A stretch of DNA of 64,000 nucleotides from Neocallimastix sp. 'constans' (lineage: Eukaryota), in NCBI GenBank assembly GCA_050613775.1, contig JBODTK010000012.1, positions 1,364,001-1,428,000 on the forward strand, written 5' to 3'. The notes beneath the pieces were generated by a model that was given only the letters and a program-made list of their open reading frames with translations, was not told the origin of the DNA and ran no database searches. Position 1 is the first letter of the stretch; each line of letters opens with the position of its first letter. The position numbers and the translations under genes are program-made. This document shows positions 14,742 to 28,700 of the stretch, piece after piece.

Positions 14742-15747
14742 TATTAAATAAAAATATATAAAAATATAATATTAATCAATATTACTATCATTATTACTAT
14801 TATTTTTTTTTCTTATAAAAAATATTTATATTATTTCATAATTTATTAAATTAATACTAACTCTTTCTTTATTTAATCTGTTTTGTTCCTGAATATGTTG
14901 TTCTAAATATGCACAATTTGTTTTCTTCATATCATATTTCTTTTGTAAGCTATCTAATTGTGAATTATAAACCAGAATCATATTATTTTTATTCTTTTGT
15001 TCCATTTTTTTTAATATAATATAAATATTAACAATTTATTATTACAATTATTTTGTCATTTAATAGAAATTATTAATAAAGATTTACTTTAGTTTTATAT
15101 TTTTATAAATATTTGATATTATTATTAAAAATTAATATATATATATATATATAAATTTCATTATTATTATTATTTTTACCTTTCTTTCAGCTGTATATCT
15201 AACTTGTTCATTTTCTATTTCTTCTTGATTATAAACAGCCATATCTTTCAGATCCTTCTGAGTTTCAATTAATGTTGTATGTCTCATGATAACATCATTG
15301 ATATGGGGTTCATTAACATCTAAATAATTTTGTGGTAGTATATTTAAAACGGATTGAAGATATTCTTCATATATATAATATTTTTCTTTTTTTTTTTTTT
15401 TTTTTTTTTTTTAATTAATTTCCATTATTAGTTCAAAATAATTTATAAGTATTAACAAAAAATAAAAAAAAGTTTTTATTAATAAGTATTATATATTTAT
15501 TGAAACAAATAAAATAAAAATAATAAAAAAAAAAAGTTTTATTGAAATTTATTTTGGTTACTATCATAATAGTAATAATAAATATTTACTTAATAAATTC
15601 TGAATATTTTGACTTTTTATTAAAATTTTCTTCTTTAATTCTTTTAAATCGTTCAATTCTCGTATCTTTATATTAACAGTGATATATATAATATGATAAT
15701 TTGTAGGTACATATAAATATATGTAATAATATTTAAAGAAATGATTG

Positions 15748-15785
<38 letters not shown>

Positions 15786-16581
15786 TAAATAAAATTTGGT
15801 TAAATTCTATCAGTAAATATTTTTATTTAATTATATTTTATTATTATTATTATTATTTTTTTTTTGAATTAATTTAAAAATTAGTTTTTCTTATTACTTT
15901 CTGTTCTTTAATTTTTCTTTCATTTTGAATTTTTATATTTGCTCTATATCTTTTTGCATCATTTTCCTTTAAAAATTTTTCAAATTTTGTAACTCTTTCT
16001 CTAATTTGTTTTTGCTTTTAAATTGATATATTTTAACAAAAAAAATTAAAAAAAAAAAAAAAAAAGAAAAAGAAAATATATAAATATAAATATATTTATA
16101 CATATATATATTTATTAAAAAAATAGTAATAAATAAATATATATATGTTTTTATATATATTATGTTTTTGTCTTTATTTTTTTATTTTATTTTTATCTTT
16201 TTTTTTTTTTTTTTATTATAATTATTACTTTTAATTTTAATTCTTCTTGTTTTCCTCGACAATCTTTCATTCTTTTTGCAAATTCAATACGCTTTTCATC
16301 TAATTCTTTTTGAACAATATTCATTTCATTTTTCTTTTGTAACAATAATGTAGATTGAAGACTTTGTCGGCCCTGTAAACTCAAAATATTCTATACATAG
16401 AAAAAAAAAAAGATTTTTTTTATTAAAATTTTACTGAATAATAAATAAAATAATTTTTTCTATTAAACATAAACGAATAATTATTCATTCATTATATAAA
16501 AGTTATTATTATTTTTCTAATTATTATTATCCATACTTTTGTAAATACATCACTCTGGTAACTTTATTATCATTATTATTA

Positions 16582-16628
<47 letters not shown>

Positions 16629-17066
16629 TGATTTGGAATAAAAATCATATATATATATAAATATATATAAATATATATAAATATAATAAGTATTATATAG
16701 GATAATTTATAATTAATAACTAATAATCACAATAATAGATAAAATTATAATATAATGATATTATATATCTTGTTTATTTTTATATAGCAATATAATTTAT
16801 ATATATATATATATATGATTTTCAATTGTTACATACATTTTTCCACCTCTTTGAGTAATAAATGTATCATTTTTATTATTTTTTATTCCTGAAGTTCCTT
16901 CTACAAGTGCTTTTATTTCATGAGTATGTACCCCTTCATTATTTTCTTCCTGATTTTTTCTCTCTTCATTTCTTATACAAGAATTAATAATATCCTTCTG
17001 TCTTTGAGTATATCCTTCTTGATCGAATGCAATATTCCGATCTGTCTGTACATTTGAAGTCGACAT
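13683..17066 (-). CDS. Coiled-coil DUF4200 protein, CCDC42/CFAP73 family (multi-exon)
   Basis: Spliced LQSTLLLQKKNEMNIVQKELDEKRIEFAKRMKDCRGKQEELKLK|QKQIRERVTKFEKFLKENDAKRYRA is typical of the family. About 9 exons; the last is VIQRVEERLQQEKKQDLKK*. Confidence 0.75.
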
Positions 17067-17103
17067 TGTGCTGGTATATTTATATTTATATATGATAATA
17101 ATA

Positions 17104-17136
<33 letters not shown>

Positions 17137-17367
17137 AGTAAAATTTGTTATATAGTTTAATTGTAAATATATAAAATTATAAATAAAAGAAAAATTATTA
17201 TGGATATTACTGAAATTATATATATATATATATACATATATATAAAATAATGATTATGTATTTAACTTTTAACAAATTTTTTTTTAAAATATATGTTATT
17301 TATTATTAAAATAAAAATAAAAATTCTAAATTTAAAATTATTTGAATAAGCCGTCATCATGAAGAGC

Positions 17368-17545
17368 TAAAATATATACATAATGTATTAAACTAAGAAA
17401 AATATAGATTTCTATAATAAATTTATATAAATCCAATAGTCGTATAATAAAATTTTCGAAAATATACATAATGTATTAAACTAAGAATGTATATTTCTAT
17501 ATAAATTTATATAAATTTAATAATCTACAATAAAATTTTCGAAAA
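17368..17545. repeat. Imperfect ~90-bp tandem duplication
   Basis: tatacataatgtattaaactaagaa and taaaattttcgaaaa each occur twice. Confidence 0.7.
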
Positions 17546-18082
17546 ATTCATCGGAATTTAAACTTTATTAATACAAAAAAAAAAAAAATTTTAAATTTTT
17601 TTTTTATACATAAAAATTTCCAACCAAAAAAAAAAAAAAAAAAAAAAAAATTACCACCAATTATTAATAAAAAATAAAATATATATATATATAATACAAC
17701 ATCTTATATTTTAATTTATTTATTTTTTTTTCTATTATATGTTTTTCCTTTTTTTTTCTTTTAAAGTAATGAATTGGCTTGTACATCTTTTTTTTTTTTT
17801 GTTTTATTTTGTTTTGTTTTGTTTTTTATTATATTTTAAAACTTTTATATCACTTTCTTTTTCTTAACTTTCAAAATATTGTTTTATTTATATATATTGA
17901 TATTAATTTTACTGATATATTTAGAACAATTTCTTTTTATATCATTTTTTTACTTTACTTTTAAAATACTATTTCATTTATCACTTTTTCTATTCTTTTA
18001 GATTTTTAAACATTTTTTTTAATCATCACCATATATATATATAACTTTGAAAATACTATTTTATATATATATATATCATTAT

Positions 18083-18116
<34 letters not shown>

Positions 18117-18893
18117 ATATTGTTTTATATATTACTATTTTTATAGCTTTTAAAATATTATTTTATACATCACTTTTGTTTTATTTTTCATTTATATTTT
18201 AGTCTATTTATGCAATAATATAAAAATCTAATATAAAAAATAATAACTTATAATAAAAAAATTGAAATAAAATTATAATCACTTAAAAAAGTAAAAATAA
18301 ATTATAACTAGTTAAATAATATAAAATAAAAAATATATAAATAAAATATATTCGTCGATATTAATAACTTATAATTATATATAATTATTCTTAATAATTT
18401 ATCTTTATTAAGTAATTATGAAGAATTAATATTATTTTTTTAAAAAAACAAAAAAAACAAAAAAAACAAAATTTCATTTCATTATAACAACCTGTAAAAC
18501 AAGTATCATATATATTAACATATATAAACATTAATATATAAAATAAAATATATATTGTTATTATTGGTTAATATTGCTTTATTAATTTATTTATTTAATA
18601 GATCATAGTATTAAAATAATTTTTTTTTTTTTTTTTCATTTTTTTTTTGTTGTTGTTGTTTAAAATTAATTACATTTATATATAAAATTAAATCTTTAAT
18701 GTAAAAATTTTTAAATATATATTATATATATACAAAACTAATATAAAATTGATCAAAATTGTTTAATATATATATATACTCTAAATTTTCTAATTATATC
18801 GATTTAATTTTTTTTTTCTATCTAGTGCAATTTAATATGTATTTTATGAAAAAACAAAAATATATATATATATATATATATAATAAAATTTAT

Positions 18894-19802
18894 CTAAACT
18901 TCATTTGGATTCCAATATTGAATATTTTTATCGAATGTTACTTTAGAGGATTGCTTGGATTTATAATATTTCGGATTACCATCATAGTTATTATTATTAA
19001 AATAATTAGTATCTACATATTCTTTTAAACTTGACTTTAATTTTCTATGAGAATTTCTTCGATATTTATTCAACTTGTTTACATTATCATTATCCGAAGT
19101 AAAATTATCATTGGTAACAAAAACATTATTATTATAGAAATCGTTATTTATATATTTTTGTTTTTTATTATAAGTATTATACAAGTGTGTAGAATTATTA
19201 TTATAGGTGTTATCATATAAATTGTTAAATGAATTTTGTCTACTGTGATTTCTTGTTAGAGTAGGATTAATTCTTCCAAATAGAGAATTTTCATTGTAAT
19301 TTGAGGAATACTGATCTGAATAGAGATTACTATCAGTATTTCTTAATCTGTAAGGTTCGGTATCTATTAAAAAATTACTATCGTTATTGTAATTATTCCA
19401 TGAAATGTAATTACTGTTACTATTGTTATAATAATTATTTATGGAACTTATACCATTATTATTTTCTGTAGATGGTTCTTTAATTAATTGTTGTACTGGG
19501 GATTGATTGGAATAATTAGAATAAGTTCTATTATTATTAAAAGTATTTCCACCATTATTATAATTATTATCATTAGTTGAATTATTTAATGATAAATACG
19601 ATGAATATATATCATTTTGATTATTATTATTATAATTATTATAATTACTATTATTACTATTATTATTATAATTATTGATATTATAATTATTGCTATTATA
19701 ATTATTGTTATTATAATTATTGTTATTATAATTATTATTACTATAATTACTATAATTATAATTATTGTTATTATTACTATTATAATTATTATAATTATTA
19801 TA

Positions 19803-19847
<45 letters not shown>

Positions 19848-21174
19848 GATATAGTTGTAATTATTGTTATCATAATTACTACTATAATTATTATTGTAAT
19901 ATTTATTGTTACTATCATCATAAGTATTATATCTATTATATTGATTATTATCAAGATTATTTCTTAAATTATTATTGTATCTATATTTTTTTCTATATTC
20001 ATCATTGTCTAAATATAATATTAGTATATATATATATATATATAAAGTTATAAAATATTAATAACTTTAATTCATTATTCTTATTTTAATATAATGATTA
20101 ATTGAAATATAAAAGTAATACTAAATTTTTTTAAATAAATTAATAATTAATAAACATTTGTATTTACAATAATCATCGTATTTTTCATCATTTAATTTAA
20201 AACGCAATTTCTTGAATTTAGATGTAATATTTTCCAATAAAGTCTTCTTTTTTTCTGGATAATAGTCGCCTAATGTTTTTGTATATTTTCTATTTCTTCT
20301 TCTACTATAATAATCATTAGAGTTAATTGGTAAATCAAGGTAATCAATTGGATTTGTATGATTATATTTGTTTTTTTTAAAAAGTGAATTTGAAAAACTT
20401 TCACCAGAATTATACCTTGTATGTCTTCTTGAAGATGATGGAGTTGATGTGGATCTTGTAATATATATATTACTATTATCCCCATAAACTCTATCATTAC
20501 TATTGCCATGAATATAACTATAAGTTTCACCTTTTTAATTTTAATTTAATTTGAAAAAAAAAAAAGTATTTATTTAATAAATAATAAAAATAAAATTTTA
20601 ATTAATTTTAATAATTAATAATATATATATATAATACGTTTAATAAATATTTTTAATTTAAAAATTTACTTGGTGAATTTCCAACGCTTAAACTTCTATG
20701 ATGTAAATTTCTTCTGTTATTTTCGTAATTATTCATATGATTTGTTGAATTATATATTGGATATGAAGAAGAGCCTAAAGCATAATTATACTTTGAGTTG
20801 TTATTATATTTTGAATCATAACTATTATTATCGGTATAACTATAACTAAGATTATTATAATTATCTTCATAATTTCCATTAATTGTTAATGGATTTTTAG
20901 TATTAGAAAAACTTTTATAAGAACTTGGTGTATATGGCAAATTTTTATATTCTTCATCGTTTGAGTTATAATAGGATTGATTCATATAATTATAAATACT
21001 ATGAGAACTATTATAATTATTCATATCATAATTGTTATTAAAACAAGATGAGTATGGATTAATTGATTCTGGTGAATTTGTTAATCCATAACATCTATCA
21101 TCAGTTAATGTGACTGATGATGAATCTGATGCATTTGATGGTCTTCTGTATAAGTAATTAGTTGATGAGTGCAT
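18894..21174 (-). CDS. Asn/Tyr/Ser-rich low-complexity hypothetical protein, probably 3 exons
   Basis: Exons ~21174-20670, ~20530-20168 and ~20008-18894 have GT-AG borders. The last exon reads EYRKKYRYNNNLRNNLDNNQYNR..., apparently continuing to KVTFDKNIQYWNPNEV*. Confidence 0.6.
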
Positions 21175-21212
21175 TTTGTGTTGCTACCTTTCAAATATAT
21201 AAACTTTCAAAA

Positions 21213-21245
<33 letters not shown>

Positions 21246-24200
21246 GATTTATTCTTGATTATATTACTATTATTATTATGAAATTAATTATTTAATTAAT
21301 ATATAGGTTTTTTGTGTCTCAATTTTTATTTAAATTCTAAAATTAAATTAAAATTTCCTTATTTGCATAATGAAATTTTTTAATATATATATATATATAT
21401 ATATAAAAAGAGCAATAAGGAAAAAAAAAATTAATTTTTAAATTATATTATTTCTAATTAATAACTGTATAAAAAAGAGGAAAAAAAAAAAAGAACAGCT
21501 ATCCAGTATTACAAAAAAGTAAAAATAATATAAAATAAAAAAGATTATGCATAAAAAATTAAAATTATTAAATATATTATAATTAAAGTTTATACTGTAT
21601 TAAATATTTTTTTTTTGTATTTTTTATTTTTTTTTTTTTATTATTAAAATTGCGAATAAAAAAAAAATGAAATACTTATAATTATTTTTTATTAATTGTA
21701 ATGTTAATGAAATTAAATAATTAGGTATTAAATTAACAACTATTAAATAAAAATATATATTATTAATAAATAATATACATTATATATATGATGTGTAATG
21801 TAAAATTTAAATATATATTTATATAATAAATGCTATTAAATATCTTTTATTTAAATATTATTTTTGTTCCACTAATGAGATTGTAATAGTTCAATAATAA
21901 AAATTGTATAATATTCTTCTTTATGTATATAAAGTGTTCTACTTTATTTATTGCTTAATTTATTGGTATATTTCAATTTCTTATATTTTATATTTTTTAT
22001 TGTCATATTATATATTTTTGTTAATGAAAATTTTTTATTTTCAAAGTTTTATTTTCTATTTTTTTTTTTTATATATATATATTTCTTGGATTTTTCACCT
22101 GAAATATCAACTTGTAATATTTAATTTAAATAGATAGATTCATATTATACATAATTTATAAATATATAATAAATAATTTTTCATTTTATATTTAAAGTTT
22201 AGTGTCAATTCTTCATCTTTTTTTATTAATCTTAATACACTTCAACATTTGATTGCTACTCCTTTTTTTAGTTGGTTCCAACTAAATTATAGGTCTATTT
22301 TATTAATAAACCAATATTTAATATATATTATTATATTTTTCAACGTATATTTAGTAAATTCTTCTTAAATAATATTTCCTTTTTCACTTTCTAAAAATAG
22401 CTGAAAGTTTTATCATCCATTATTCTTATTACTAAAATATTATAATCAAAAAAAAAAAAAAAAAAATAAAATTAAAAAAAAAAAAGAAATGAAAATGAAA
22501 ATGAAAATGAAAATAATTGAAATTTGAAAATTAAAAATTAAAAAAAAAAGTATATATATAAAAGAAAATTTAATAATAATTAAAGTAAAATAAGCTAAAT
22601 TATTAGTATAATATATAACATTAAAAAAAAATTGTCATTAATATTAGTTTTTTAGATTTAAATTTTTAATGTTAGTCATATTTTATATATTTTTTTAATA
22701 AAATAATTCTATTTTAAAATTTTAATATATGTTAAAAATATACAGTTTTTTTTTTTTTAAAAAAAAAATAATAATTAAATTTGAAATAATATTTTTTTTT
22801 ATTAAAGGTTTTTTTTTTTTTTATTAATTTTTTTTATATAGTGTAATATTAAAATAATAATTATAAATACAATAGAATTAAAATAATAAATTACTTTAAT
22901 AATTCCTACAAATTAAATATTCGTACCTTTATACTTTCTCATTAAATATTTTTCATTAGAACTAATGAAAAAATATATATAAAAAAACAAGAGATATTTA
23001 AATATAAATTTAATAATGGAAAATACAAACAAACAAAAATAAAAAAAAAAAAAAAATTAAAAAGTTTACATTTTATGTTTATAAAAATATATTAGAAATA
23101 TCTTCAAAAGAAAAAAAATTCATAGAAAAGTAAAATAAAAAAGTAAAAAAAAAAAAATAAATATAGCATAATTTCTTTAATTATTAATATACATTAATAT
23201 ATAAATAAACTAACATTTAATTAGATGGTCATAAAAAAGATATAAAAAAATAAATTAAATGAGTTTTATATCTAATAACTATTAATATTTCAAAATTAAT
23301 AAAAATAAAATAATTAACATCTTTCTTTAATTATATTTTTTTTAAAAAAAAAATATAAATTATGTTTTTTATTTATCATTACAATCTTTAATAAAAATTA
23401 CTTTTCTCCCTTAAATATGAAAACTAAATTTATATATATATATATATATATTTATAATAATAAATATTAAATAATTTTAAATATATAAATATATTATTAT
23501 TTCAAAATATAAACCTAAAAGTTTTAAGATACTTAAAAAGTTAAGAAAATTTTTTAATATTATTTCTATTTAAATTACTAAATAAATTTATTTTTATATT
23601 AATCCTTAATATTAAAAATAATTAAACAAGTTATATATATACTATAGCAAATTTAAGAAATTAAATTTTTTTAATAATATATTATAATTTATTATTTTTT
23701 TTTCAACATTTTTTCTTACTTAAATATATAAATATATACTTATTTCTAATATTTTATTTAATTGTTTAATATTATATAAAGCTAATTATTGAATTAAAAA
23801 TGCTTTAATTATTTAGTTTTTTATTTTTTAATCACCTTTTGAATAATATGATATAAGCTATTAAAAATGATTGAAAACTACCCAATAAAATAAAATAGAT
23901 TTTCTTTAATCATTCCTGCATAATTTGGAAAAATGAATTGAGACAAAATTATGTACTATTTTTTTTTTTAAAAAAAAAAAACTATTGTATACTTTTATTA
24001 ATGAAAAAGTATATTCACACACTATTTTTTTTTTTTTAAAAAAAAAAACTTTATAATATATAAAAATGAAAAGTTAAAATTTTACATAAAAAGAAATTTT
24101 TTTATTTAATAAAAATATTGTTTATTTTATTAATAATAATATTATTAATATTAATATAATAATTAAAATAATTATGAATTAATAAATCAATCTTCATTAA

Positions 24201-25192
24201 AAATTCAATATATAAATTCATAGATTTATTTTTATAAAAATTTCATTATTGTTATTACTATTATAACTATTACTATTACTATTACTATTATTATAATTAG
24301 TATTATTATTTTGTTTTATGTTATAATTTATTAAAGATGGACGATTAACTTTATTTAATGAAGATGTTTAATATAAAATTGATAATCTATATTTTTATAT
24401 ATATAGCATTTAATGTTAAAAAATTAATAAATACTGATATTTAAATAATAATATACATTATTTATATTTTTTTAAATATTTAATTATAATATCTAAAAAA
24501 AAAAGAATTATAATTATTATTATTATAGTATAATAGATAAAATATTACATTTAAGATATAATTTAATATTAATCCAAATTGATAAAGAAGTAATCAAATT
24601 ATTTAAATATTTATTTATAAAAACAACTCGTAAATAATATTATATCATATACTTAAAGAAATAATATCATGAAAAGGTTATACATATTTTAAATTTCAAA
24701 AATATAAAAAAAAAATTTTAGTTAATGTTTATATAGTTAATAAATATTATTAATTATAATGATTTTTATTAAAAAATAATACATTAAAAATAATAATGCA
24801 TCAAAAATATATATAAATAATACTAAAAAATAAAAATTACAATTATTTGTATATACTAAGAATAAAAAAAAAAAATAAATAAATAAATATAAGAATTTTC
24901 ACCAAAAACTTTTTGATATTAATTTTTTAACATATATGAAAGAAAAAACAAAAAAAAAAAAATAAAAAAAAAAAATAAACAATTGAGTATTATATATTAA
25001 TTTAAATTGTATTTATACAAAAAAAAAAATATATATATATATATATTAAAAAAATTTTTGGGAATTGTACATTTCTCAATCGTATATAACTTTTAAAATA
25101 AAGCCATACATTTTTAAAACATTCTATACAATCATAAATAAATAAATAAATAATTATTTTTCAATTAAATATTATTAAATAACTATTTTAAA

Positions 25193-25737
25193 AGAAATAA
25201 TAATATATTCTATTATAAAAGAATTATAAAAAATTATTTTTACAATTGAATATTAATAAATTATATATATATATAAAAGAATATTTATTATTTATTCAAT
25301 TATTATTTATTTAATTATTAAAAAAAGTCGAAGACACATTTAAGTTATGCCATATTACGAAATGCACAATTGTGAAATGCACTAGATTCAAAATTTTTAT
25401 AGGTATTCTAACCTAATTTATATATATATATAAATATAATATTTTTAGTAAAAAATTTTTATTATATCAATTACTAAAAATTCTATTTTTTTTTTAAATT
25501 TGTATGAACAAAAACTAGGATTAGTTACTAATCTTACATAATGAATCTAGTGCATTTTGCAATCGTGTATTTCACAATGTGGCGTATTTTTGTATGTGGC
25601 TTTGATTTTTTAATAATTAAATAAATAATAAATGAATAAATAATAAATATTCTTTTTTTTATATATATAATTTTATTAATATTCAATTGTAAAAATTATT
25701 TTTTTATATTTTTTTTTAATAGAATATCTCCATTTCT
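25193..25737. mobile_element. Foldback/MITE-like element: ~190-bp imperfect inverted arms around a ~150-bp spacer
   Basis: ...gaaatgcactagattca (to 25390) pairs with tgaatctagtgcatttt... (from 25543). Complementarity continues outward through acaattgaat/attcaattgt. Confidence 0.75.
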
Positions 25738-28700
25738 ATATATGTATATATATAAATTTCATAATACATATATATATATAACATAATAAATATTCATTAT
25801 GAAATATAACATATAATATAGAATTATTTATTATAGATAATTAATAATCAACAGATACTTTAATGTTCTACATTATTTAATATGTAACCTTTTTTAACAA
25901 AAAACTTAATTATTTTTTAAACAAAAAACTTAATTATTTATATATATATTAATTATTTTAGAGATGTATTAAATAATACTTTTTTATTTTAAATTTAATT
26001 AAAAAGTTTGGTCCTATATATAGCATTAATTATACTAAAACTAATTTTTATCAATAATAAATTGTTTATATGTAAATATAAAACCATATTTCCTTTTTTT
26101 TTCTTCCTTTTTATAAAAAAATAATAGTTCATTGATTTTATTATATAAGTTTTTCTTTCTTTCCTGCCTTGTATTACTTTATCATTTAATAATAAAAAAA
26201 AAGATGTATTGAAATGAATAAATTACATCCATCTTAATTTAAAACTTAACCAATAATTTATCGTATATAAACGTTTATTTTTTTAACTAAAAAGTTTTCT
26301 TCGAATTTTTTTTTTTTTTTAAAAAAAAACTATTATATTTATATATGAAAGATGGTATTAATACATTATTATTACATTACAATAAAATATTGGCTAAAAT
26401 ATAATTTAATGTAATTTAATAATGTAATTAAGTTTTAATATGCTATATGCTATATGGATTATACATATAACGAATAAAATTAAATTACATTTTTAATTTA
26501 ATTAAATTTAATTAAATTTTATTTAATATACTATGGTATGGTATAACATTAAAACAGCTATGATTTAATATAAATGAACGATAAAAACACTATTGTTAAT
26601 TAACGATAAAACCTGTATTGTTTATATAAACATAAGGCTATATTGATATATACTGAATAGTATATGTTTTTGTTAAATGCTTATGTACTGGGTTATTTTT
26701 ATACAATAGTAGATTAATTTATAATTTATATATTTTATTTAATACTATAATAAAAATATATTTTTAGAATTATTATATAAAAATATATATTTTATTATAA
26801 AAAAATATGAAGATGAAATATTTATCTCTAATGTAGAAATCATAATTATTAATATTTGTTTTAAACCAAACAAAATAGTATTATGGATATTTTCGATGTA
26901 TCCGTAATATTAATTATTAAGAACAAATATATTAAAAATATAATATCATTATTACACCAATATTATATTGTATATTTTATTTTTTTTAATATAAATATTA
27001 TTTCTTTCTATTATAAATTGACATATATTAAAATATAGAACTCTTTTATTATTATTATTATTATTATTTTTTATTATTATTATTATTAAAAATAAAAATG
27101 GCTTTAAATTTTTTTACCATAATATAATTTATAAACAAATATCAAATTACAAATTAGTTTTGAAATATATTTTGACCTTAGATAAATCATGAAAAATAAT
27201 ATATATATATTTTTTTTCAATGATTTATTAATTAGAAACAAAAAAACAAAATAATAAAATTGAAAATAAGAATTAAAATATAAAAAAATTATATATATAT
27301 ATTATATAACATATTTATAAGAATTTTCACTTTAATAGAATATCATTAAATTTTTGTTATTTTTTATATTATATTCACTAAAATGATAAAAGAATAAATA
27401 TGATAGATGATATATGACTTATCAAGATATCAATATTTTAAAAATAAAATATATTTATTAAATAACATTATAAAATTTAAATAATTAAAATTATTGTTTA
27501 TTCTGAAATACAATTTACCTAATTTTTCTATAATTATAATATTCAAAGTTTCTTTACATATAAAAATAAACATCATATTATTTATCTTTATTAAACTTTC
27601 ATTTAATATTTAATATTAACAGAATTTATTTTTTAAAAAAAATATATAATTAAAATATATAAAGTAAATTAGAAAATTAAACTGTCATGCAAAAAAAAAA
27701 AATTTTTATAGTTTTAAAATATTATGAATATTATATATATACTTAAATTATATTTAATTAATAAAAAAAATTTTTAAAGTTTTCTAATTAAATATTTAAA
27801 TATAAAGATTTTTTAAACTTTTTTAAAATGTTAATTATAAAGTGATAAATGAATGAAAAGCTATTAGTATTTATATATTATTGGTTTGGATATTCATATA
27901 TATCAATTATCAAATAAAACAACTTTTTTTTTATGTTAGTTTATTAATATTTCAAATCCATCCATTTATTTAAAATTTGAAACATAATTATAGCAGTTAG
28001 GTTATTTATTTATTTATTTATTTATTTGTTTTTATTTTTATTTACTTTTTTTAATTTTAATGCCCTTTAAATAAAAAAATAATATTAAATATAAAAAAAG
28101 TATATTAATTTAAAACTACATTAATATTCAAAATCATTTCATAATGATTTATATTAAAAAAATGGATTATATTATTGTAAAACTATGAGTATTTTAATAA
28201 CATAATAAATATTTAATAGAGCTAAAAAAGATAATTATTGTACTATTGTAATCGTTTTAACATTGAATGCGATTAATTTTTATATGAATATTTTATTAAT
28301 AAATATTTATTAATATACCAACAAACACTCGATTTGAAATAGCATTATAATTAGAAGTTAGAATATTATATTTTTATTTCCTTTATATATATGTTTATTT
28401 TTAATGATAAACTTCAATCCAATTTTATATTATAAATAAAATTTAAAAATAAACATATATATAAAGGAAATAAAAATATAATATTCTAACTTCTAATATA
28501 AAATTGGATTGAAGTTTATAACAACACTTCATACATTTATAATTTATATTTCAGTGCTAAATAAATAATTCCCAAATTATTAAATAAAATTAATATTTTT
28601 ACAATTAAATATTAAGTCAATGTAGTTTGTTTTGTATTTGGCAATTATTAATAAGACATAAAATTTATAAATGTATAAAATAAAAAAATATGAATAATAT

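Noticed and set aside
19586..19967. Poly-Ile ORFs on both strands
   Set aside because: Alternative frames of the Asn-rich exon of the minus-strand gene.
21840..22430. Possible degraded coding relic on the minus strand
   Set aside because: No sustained frame or recognisable motif.
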